From contig JBGCFM010000073.1 in the NCBI GenBank assembly GCA_045106895.1, positions 1 through 42,565 on the forward strand: a DNA stretch of 42,565 nt. The letters run 5' to 3'. Each line of letters begins with the position of its first letter. Position 1 is the first letter of the stretch. The position numbers and the translations under genes are program-made. This DNA is from Polyangiales bacterium (GTDB lineage: Bacteria > Myxococcota_A > Polyangia > Polyangiales > Houyiibacteriaceae). Positions 37,301 through 42,565 of the stretch are shown here, one piece after another. The notes under the pieces are model-generated. The model searched no databases and was not told the DNA's origin. It worked only from the letters and a program-made list of their open reading frames with translations.

Positions 37301-38341
37301 AGGAACAGCTTCGTGTGGCCGGCCATCCAGCGACTCTTTCCGCAGTCCACGGAGCGCGCTCAAGCAGTCCATCTCCGGATTCAACTGCACGCGGAGGGGG
37401 ATGGTGTTGATGAGGCAGCCGACGACGTCCTTTGCGCCTGGAACCGCGAATCGACCGGAGCGCGTCACTCCGACGACGACATCGTCACGGAAGGTGTAGC
37501 GCGAAACGACCATTCCCCACGCGAGCTGGACAGCGTTGGCGATGGTGAATCCGTGCTCTTTGCCGAGCGAACGAAGGGCGCTGACCGTCGCCATGTCGAG
37601 GCTGGCGTGCGACTCGACGATGGTGTTGCTCGAACCGTCACCCGAGTGTGCGAGGGCACCCGGCGTTGGCGTGGCTTCGTCGATTCCATCAAGCCGCTCG
37701 GCGAAGTACTCAACGGCGCTTTCGGTGTTGAGCGCGGCGCGGGCGTGGAGGATCTCCTGAATGTCGCTGGGCTCCGGCGGCCCATACGACTCGCCCTGAT
37801 CATAGCGGTGGAGCAGGTCACTCAGAACCACCACGATCGATCGCCCGTCGCAGTGCGCGTGGTGGTGCGTCCAAATGAGAAAGTCGTGGTCCGATCCGCT
37901 AAGCAACGTCAGTCCACCAAAGCGACGATCTTCGGGCCTCGGCTTGCTTCGGTCGTGCTCAAGAAAACTATTTAGTTCGTCATGACCCTCGATGAAGTCG
38001 CGGGCAGGAACATCGTCGTCCGCCAAATCAAGGATGCGCAGCCGGGTACACGAGGGGTCAGACGTGTCGAAGACGGCTCGGAGTCCATCATGACGCTGCA
38101 AGACCCAGCGCCACGCCGCGACGAGCCGGTCCCAGTCGAAGCGCGCGTCGCTCTCCACGACGATTTGCTGCAGCTCCATTCCCGCGTGCGAAAGCGCGTG
38201 CAGCCGCATCGCTTCTTGCATCGGCGTAATCGGAGGCAGGCCGCTCATGTCCGCGGAATGCACGGGTGCGTTCGCGCTCGCCGAGGGCACACGCCTATCA
38301 GGTCTCTGAACTGGGGAACGAACCTCGTCCACGCGCGACAT
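34382..38341 (-). CDS. Single-module NRPS (C-A-T-TE)
   Basis: C: 'WTHHHAHCDGRS'. A: 'YTSGSSGTPKG', 'SFDVW', 'NAYGPTE', 'YRTGD', 'KVRGYRIELGEIE', 'GKVDR'. T: 'FFDMGGHSL'. TE: 'GVSYG' and 'GDHGT'. Confidence 0.93.
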   Translation of the reverse strand: MSRVDEVRSPVQRPDRRVPSASANAPVHSADMSGLPPITPMQEAMRLHALSHAGMELQQIVVESDARFDWDRLVAAWRWVLQRHDGLRAVFDTSDPSCTRLRILDLADDDVPARDFIEGHDELNSFLEHDRSKPRPEDRRFGGLTLLSGSDHDFLIWTHHHAHCDGRSIVVVLSDLLHRYDQGESYGPPEPSDIQEILHARAALNTESAVEYFAERLDGIDEATPTPGALAHSGDGSSNTIVESHASLDMATVSALRSLGKEHGFTIANAVQLAWGMVVSRYTFRDDVVVGVTRSGRFAVPGAKDVVGCLINTIPLRVQLNPEMDCLSALRGLRKESLDGRPHEAVPLAEVRTRLGLEAGLLDTVIVHERHTVQARMTQLMGEAVAGRTFTIHSRSAPALVLAIKESEDLPMVAKVEYREDKVAKYVADSLPGRLTHVLRQFAQNPTQLLSDVCVVDDHERAPLRSRVPSGTQPSSVADILRSVVSARPQATALVELSTGLRLSYSELLHAASAFSRRLRSCDIQPGDVVAVSARASAETVIAFWGCAFIGAVYLPIDPTYPSDRRAHMLSDSGARIVALSPEEEPWAGDADYVLIPTKGDGEPPFDPVSLDLDQPLYLIYTSGSSGTPKGVLVAARALLHHAAAASTKYGLAHYDSVLQFASPSFDVWFEEVVPTALVGAALVIRDEMCARSIDYLMKRVDEQRISVLQLPTAFFNEVVTELSRTRTKLPAVVRLVIIGGERANAAACARFSKAHREVRLVNAYGPTETTITAVAFAMQGEHVGDEVPIGRPLGDTLAWVADSCNHPCPPGGIGELVLGGPQLAIGYLARPERTAASFPKDLLGAPRVYRTGDLVLANEGAELVYVGRADEQVKVRGYRIELGEIESVLCGLDGVTEGVVVFHGGAEAEARLVAWVVSNGGIDASAIKTQIGARLPHYMVPSDVCFLENLPVTPGGKVDRRALLSLTPTRDESPAEETREASPLAAQLAQLFGAVVGRPVGADDDFFDMGGHSLRVIRLVSDIRDAMGIEVGAGAVFAARTPRRLAERVQAQSELGSEASAAEFVTLNPGRPDVAPMYCILGIDVYRPIAERMGPRPVVGVYVPEEELREDGKIPPTEELAAAYLQAITSPEAGSARSVCGVSYGAIVALELARQRAEAGDPLDLLVLLDPVLPEKEAPARWEAVHNLVHRMRYQGEEIGERALQRLGLVQRTEAHRPGAPESEADKRAWDERRHKYTVALQDYVQRLRPYSGRSVVFIARDRRPLTLRDTVKQWRQLLGPFAQVEVMPGDHGTFISPPHVDDLAKRLTHLLDHSVER

Positions 38342-38365
38342 TTTTCTACAAGGACAAGCGCTCCG

Positions 38366-39394
38366 CTAGGGACGCTTGATACGACTCACCACTTCTGACC
38401 AAAACTCGGATTCGCCGACCAGCTCGATCACCATGATCGCTTCGGCGGCGGCGCGGTCAGGGCGACAGCCGCACTCGTCTTGCAGCCAAGCGGCGATGAA
38501 ACGCCCGATGGCGAGACGCGTGGCCAGTTCGATGCGAGCGATGTCCCAGCCTCGCTCCCCAACCCACTCAAGGCTCCAGATTTCGTCCGCGATCCAGTCG
38601 TTGAAGAGGGCGTCTTCGCTGCGCTCCATGCCGGCGCGCTGCTCGGCGCGGTCGAAGGCGCTCGCCCAGGTGCGTCGGGGAAAACGCGGAACGTGGGACG
38701 AGTCGCGCAGAGCCCGGATCGCTTCTCCCATGCTCCCGATGGCGTTGCCGAAGGACGAGCCATCGAGGGCCCCGACGAACTCCGCGGCATAGTGGTCCCA
38801 GTTTTTGCGCTTCTTGAGCGGCGGAAACGGCTCGGCGTCCAGCACCTCTTCGGCTCTCTCGCCCGATTGGAGGCGGCCGAGGAGCTCCCGTTCAATCTGT
38901 ACCCACTCGGAGAAGGCGATCTTTCCTTTGCCGATGCGCACCTTGTTGATGGACTCATCGGGACGCGGCTCCCCCTTCTTATTCGCGATGGATGGCAGCG
39001 TTGCCTCCGCCGTGACCTCCGGACGATCGCCCAAAGTGCGGCAAGGACAGCGGTGTCGCGTCGTAATTCGACCTCCTTCTGGCGTCGCTACGAGGCCTAA
39101 GGGAAAGCGTCGGCAGCCGTCGGGTTTCGCCTCCGGGCCATATTCGGCGTGAACGCCACAGCGAAGGTCCGGGAGGAGAAAGTGACATCCCCCATCAGGG
39201 GCAGTGTTGAGCATTCGGTCGTCAAAACCGTCATCAAAGTCCGCTCCAGCCTCATCTAGTAGACGAATTTGCACATATTCGGACTTTGTCAGGGGTCCGA
39301 GCCCGTGGATATCGGTGCAGCAGAGGCCATCGCCGAAGCACGTATAACGGGCGCCGGGGCGGGCGAGGAGGGGTCGAACCTTCGTGGACTTCAT
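38366..39394 (-). CDS. YkgJ-family (CxxCxxCC-like) Fe-S/Zn cysteine-cluster protein
   Basis: 'YTCFGDGLCC', 'GGCHFL...CGVH...KPDGCRRFP', 'CPC'. Start taken at ATG 39394. Confidence 0.7.
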   Translation of the reverse strand: MKSTKVRPLLARPGARYTCFGDGLCCTDIHGLGPLTKSEYVQIRLLDEAGADFDDGFDDRMLNTAPDGGCHFLLPDLRCGVHAEYGPEAKPDGCRRFPLGLVATPEGGRITTRHRCPCRTLGDRPEVTAEATLPSIANKKGEPRPDESINKVRIGKGKIAFSEWVQIERELLGRLQSGERAEEVLDAEPFPPLKKRKNWDHYAAEFVGALDGSSFGNAIGSMGEAIRALRDSSHVPRFPRRTWASAFDRAEQRAGMERSEDALFNDWIADEIWSLEWVGERGWDIARIELATRLAIGRFIAAWLQDECGCRPDRAAAEAIMVIELVGESEFWSEVVSRIKRP

Positions 39395-39474
39395 GGTGCG
39401 CTTGGGCTTCTGTTCATCAGAGGGGAATGAAGGGTGGTGTATCGCAGCGGCGTTGGGATACCATGCCAGTTCGC

Positions 39475-40065
39475 ATGGCGGGTCCATCACCTCTACTTGG
39501 TTACAACACCAACGTTCGGCATAAGGGCAAGCTCTACCATATCCAAACAGAGGATTCGGGGGTTCAGCACCCTCATATAATCACACACCTCTTTGCGGAT
39601 GGAGGGCGCGTCGTGGCGTCCAAGAAGACGGGCTACGCGGACATCCTCGAGGTCGGCGATCTTCAAGATCGCGTCAAACAGATGATGCGTGACCAGCACA
39701 AGGCCATGTTTATCGGGCTGCGTGATGGGGAGTTTGACGAGCCAGAGCCCGAAGAGCACGCGAACGCGGGCAAGCTCCTGAAGGCGCCAACGCTGACGCC
39801 ACCGCCCCTTGAGGTCGACGCTCTGGAGGCTGCGGCCGCTCGTCTGGCGGCGAACTCGCCGGCACCCGCGCCAGCCGCACCCGCTGCGCCGGCGCAATCG
39901 GCGGGGCGATACCAACCGACGCGCCCCGCCCGGGCGGCCGCGGAACCGCCACCGGCGACGAAGAGCCCCGATTCGATCTTCGGAGAGAACCTCCTGAGCG
40001 AGAAATCCCTCGACGAGGTGATCCTCTCCTACTTGGCCGAAGACCTCGACGAAGACGGCGCTTAG
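39475..40065 (+). CDS. Conserved myxobacterial hypothetical protein
   Basis: N-terminal 'LLGYNTNVRHKGKLYHIQTEDSG...MMRDQHKAM', Pro/Ala linker, C-terminal 'SEKSLDEVILSYLAEDL'. Confidence 0.7.
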   Translation: MAGPSPLLGYNTNVRHKGKLYHIQTEDSGVQHPHIITHLFADGGRVVASKKTGYADILEVGDLQDRVKQMMRDQHKAMFIGLRDGEFDEPEPEEHANAGKLLKAPTLTPPPLEVDALEAAAARLAANSPAPAPAAPAAPAQSAGRYQPTRPARAAAEPPPATKSPDSIFGENLLSEKSLDEVILSYLAEDLDEDGA

Positions 40066-40198
40066 TTTCCCAGGGCTCAGTTTCCCAAGGCCCGTGTTTG
40101 CCGGCCTGATGTTGTGTGCCCCATCGAGGCCCGGAACGAGTCCTGCCGCTGCATCTCCAGGTGTTACTGAGCGCAGAAATCAATGGTAATGTTGGGCC

Positions 40199-42223
40199 AT
40201 GCTTCGATTTGTCGCTTGCCTATGCTTTGTGGTGGGGTGCAGTGACGCGTACCGCGTGTCCGTTCGATTTGAAGATCCGGGCACACGCAGTGCGGCCACT
40301 CAGATCGAGGTCTCTGTGGTGGAAGGGTGTCAGGGCGCCGACCTGAGCGGGCCACCGCAGGGAGCCTTTCGTTCTACGGTCTTTGGCGTCGGCGAGAGCG
40401 CGGACGCGTTGGGCGAACTTGCTCCGGGCAACTACGGGCTGCGAGCTCGCGCCATCGACGACTCTTGCACGGTGATCGCGGCGGGGTGCGCGCCGATCAG
40501 CGTGAGCGCGGGAGAGACAGGCGAGCTCTCGGTCGTGTTGGCCAACGTGGACGATGCGTCCTGCGCGCCCTCTTTGTGCCCGGGCGCTTGTGGCGGGAGT
40601 GATGCGTCGGTGGATGCGTTCATGTCGGACGCAGGAACGGATGCCATAGCGGATGTCGGCATGGACGTGGCCACAGATGTGTTTGACGGCGGGTTTGACG
40701 GTGGTCCGGGCTGCGAGGCGCCGGGCCTGATGTGTGGCGACACATGCGTAAACCCGACGGTCAACGTGATGCACTGCGGAGACTGCGACGTGGTCTGTGA
40801 TGGTTCGGACGTTTGTTTCGACGGAGCGTGCCGTCAAGATGTGTGCACGGACGCGTTGGGGGTTCCGTGCGACGAGGTCTACGGGTCGTATTTCAAGGCC
40901 TCCAACCCGAACACGTTTGATTTATTCGGGGCTTCCGTGAGCGTCAGTGGTGACACCATCGCCGTCGGGGCTGAGGCCGAGGACAGTCGAGCGACGGAAG
41001 TGATGGGCGACCAGGAAGACAACAATGGATGCGATGTGGGCGCGGTCTACGTGTTTCGTCGCGTGGACGGAGTCTGGGCCCAGGAAGCTTACCTCAAGGG
41101 GTCGGGGAACTTAGAGGCAGGCTATTTCGGGACCAGCCTGAGTCTGGAGGGGAACACGCTTGTCGTCGGCACTGGGAACCAGAACGGCGCGCCCGGTTCT
41201 GCGCACGTGTTCCTGCGCACGGGAACGACCTGGGTTGAACAAGCTCGCCTGGAGGCATCGAACGCAGACCCCGAAGACTACTTTGGCCAGTCCGTGAGCT
41301 TGAGCGGCGACTTGATCGCTGTTGGTGCTCCCTCGGAAAGCAGTGCAGCGACAACGATCAACGGTGACGAGACGGACAACAGCGCCAGCAGCGCCGGCGC
41401 CGTGTATGTGTTCGCCCGTGAGGGCGAGACTTGGATTCAACAAGCGTACATCAAGGCACCAAACGCGAATGCGGGAGACGTCTTCGGCTCAGCTGTTCAA
41501 CTTGATGGCAACACTCTTGCAATCGGTGCCGCCGGGGAGGACAGCGCGGCGACGGGCGTCGACGGCGACACCGCGGACAACACAGTTGAGGGGAGTGGGG
41601 CCGTATATATCTTTCAGCTGCAAGCGGGTGCGTGGGTACGTCAGGCCTACCTCAAGGCTTCAACCGTCGACATGAACGACAGGTTCGGCAGGTCATTAGC
41701 GCTAAGCGGCGACACACTGGCCGTCGGCGCAAGCGGAGAGGATAGTGGGAGCGCCACCGACCAAGGAGACAACACCGCCCTAGAAAGTGGAGCGGTCTAC
41801 ATATTCGAGCGCGCGGGAGGTCTCTGGCGCCAGCAGCAGTACCTCAAGCCACTCGTCATTGACGGCGGAGATGTGTTTGGGATCGCTCTCGCCCTTCAAG
41901 GAGACACGCTGGCTGTAGGTGGGAGCAGTGAGGACAGCTCGGCGAATGGCGTCAACGGCGACGCTCGGAACAACTCGTCCGAGGGCAGCGGCGCGGTCTA
42001 TCTGTTCCGGCGCACGCGAAGTCGCTGGACTCAGCAGGCTTACATCAAACCGCCGAGCAGCGCCGTTGGTGACGGCTTCGGCGTGCGCGTCGCGTTGAGC
42101 GGGAACATGCTCGTGGTGGGCGCTACGGGAGAAGACAGCGCGGCGACGGGCGTGGACGGGGATCGCTTAGACAACTCAGCGCCTTCGTCCGGTGCCGCCT
42201 ACTCTTATCGCATCTCCCCATAG
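40199..42223 (+). CDS. Lipoprotein with Cys-rich linker and FG-GAP (integrin alpha-like) beta-propeller
   Basis: Lipobox 'VVGC'; 'CVNPTVNVMHCGDCDVVC' Cys module; about seven repeats of 'Y.KA.N....D.FG.SV.LSGDT.AVGA..ED....SGAVY.F'. Confidence 0.85.
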   Translation: MLRFVACLCFVVGCSDAYRVSVRFEDPGTRSAATQIEVSVVEGCQGADLSGPPQGAFRSTVFGVGESADALGELAPGNYGLRARAIDDSCTVIAAGCAPISVSAGETGELSVVLANVDDASCAPSLCPGACGGSDASVDAFMSDAGTDAIADVGMDVATDVFDGGFDGGPGCEAPGLMCGDTCVNPTVNVMHCGDCDVVCDGSDVCFDGACRQDVCTDALGVPCDEVYGSYFKASNPNTFDLFGASVSVSGDTIAVGAEAEDSRATEVMGDQEDNNGCDVGAVYVFRRVDGVWAQEAYLKGSGNLEAGYFGTSLSLEGNTLVVGTGNQNGAPGSAHVFLRTGTTWVEQARLEASNADPEDYFGQSVSLSGDLIAVGAPSESSAATTINGDETDNSASSAGAVYVFAREGETWIQQAYIKAPNANAGDVFGSAVQLDGNTLAIGAAGEDSAATGVDGDTADNTVEGSGAVYIFQLQAGAWVRQAYLKASTVDMNDRFGRSLALSGDTLAVGASGEDSGSATDQGDNTALESGAVYIFERAGGLWRQQQYLKPLVIDGGDVFGIALALQGDTLAVGGSSEDSSANGVNGDARNNSSEGSGAVYLFRRTRSRWTQQAYIKPPSSAVGDGFGVRVALSGNMLVVGATGEDSAATGVDGDRLDNSAPSSGAAYSYRISP

Positions 42224-42296
42224 CTCGAGGCGCGCTCGAGGCGCGCGCTAGGCGCGTGGCTACGCCAAACCCGTGTGGCACCAGGCGCGGTGAACC

Positions 42297-42325
42297 TTGA
42301 CACTCGCCCGGCCTGATCTTAGATC
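42297..42325 (+). promoter_or_regulatory. Putative sigma70-type promoter of the SCP2 gene
   Basis: TTGACA (42297-42302), 17-nt spacer, TAGATC (42320-42325). Confidence 0.55.
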
Positions 42326-42333
42326 GTCGAAAC

Positions 42334-42347
42334 TGAATGGCCATTCA
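42334..42347. promoter_or_regulatory. Palindromic operator candidate TGAATGGCCATTCA
   Basis: Perfect 14-bp palindrome just downstream of the putative -10, near the expected transcription start. Confidence 0.6.
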
Positions 42348-42401
42348 ATGGTCTCTACCAGCCCGCAAATCCCTGCCTTTCGGCACTAAGGAGCTTCTTT
42401 C

Positions 42402-42565
42402 ATGCCAGACGCGAAGACCTCGTGCACTCAGGATATCCCAGCCAAGATCACCGCGGACCCCGCCAAGGCGAAGGAGCTCGACGCGATCTTCCTCTTCACC
42501 GTGACCGGTGATGACGGCGGCACGTGGACCGTGAACCTCAAGGACGAGCCCGGCGTGACCGAAGG
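42402..42565 (+). CDS. SCP2 sterol/lipid-binding domain protein (3'-truncated by window edge)
   Basis: RBS AAGGAG, then MPDAKTSCTQDIPAKITADPAKAKELDAIFLFTVTGDDGGTWTVNLKDEPGVTE; 'F.F.VTG..GG.W.V.L' is SCP2-like. Not in the ORF track. Confidence 0.75.
   Translation, partial: MPDAKTSCTQDIPAKITADPAKAKELDAIFLFTVTGDDGGTWTVNLKDEPGVTE

Noticed and set aside
40066..40106. Short imperfect direct repeats TTTCCCAGGGC / TTTCCCAAGGC / TTTGCCGGC
   Set aside because: Only two or three short degenerate copies. They could be a binding site but cannot be supported from this window.
42224..42264. CTCGAGGCGCG tandem duplication, and similarity of GCTAGGCG(CG)TGGCTACG to 19423-19438
   Set aside because: Short and GC-rich, and in opposite orientation relative to the nearby promoters; consistent with chance.
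1..42565. tRNA/rRNA genes, transposases, prophage or anti-phage defence genes
   Set aside because: None recognised. Intergenic gaps are short and no hallmark motifs were seen.

Overview
GC-rich bacterial chromosomal segment, most likely from a myxobacterium (Myxococcota, Polyangia-like). This is inferred from a MYXO-CTERM-like sorting tail, Cys/Asp-rich VWA/TSP3 and FG-GAP surface lipoproteins, and a conserved 'GYNTNVRHKGKLYHIQTEDSG' protein. The left ~11 kb is the end of a dispersed aryl-polyene/xanthomonadin-like type II FAS/PKS locus: MMPL exporter, ACP, two hotdog dehydratases, KS, PlsC-type acyltransferase and a DUF3261-like lipoprotein. It is built around two divergently transcribed flavin-dependent halogenase-like genes and is interrupted by unrelated genes, one of them a frameshifted CPBP protease. 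The middle holds housekeeping and metabolic genes (metK, nadB, a eukaryotic-type SAM decarboxylase, Mrp/ApbC, a lytic transglycosylase, hydrolases, TetR, GtrA). It also holds a ~156-bp MITE-like element with perfect terminal inverted repeats, inserted at the shared CTAG stop of two convergent genes. The right part has three integrin-like adhesin candidates, an M23 peptidase with a degenerate SLT-like domain, a stand-alone C-A-T-TE NRPS directly downstream of a YkgJ-type Cys-cluster gene, and the start of an SCP2 gene preceded by a promoter and a perfect palindromic operator. No rRNA, tRNA, CRISPR array or transposase was recognised. All family calls come from reading motifs by eye; no database searches were run.
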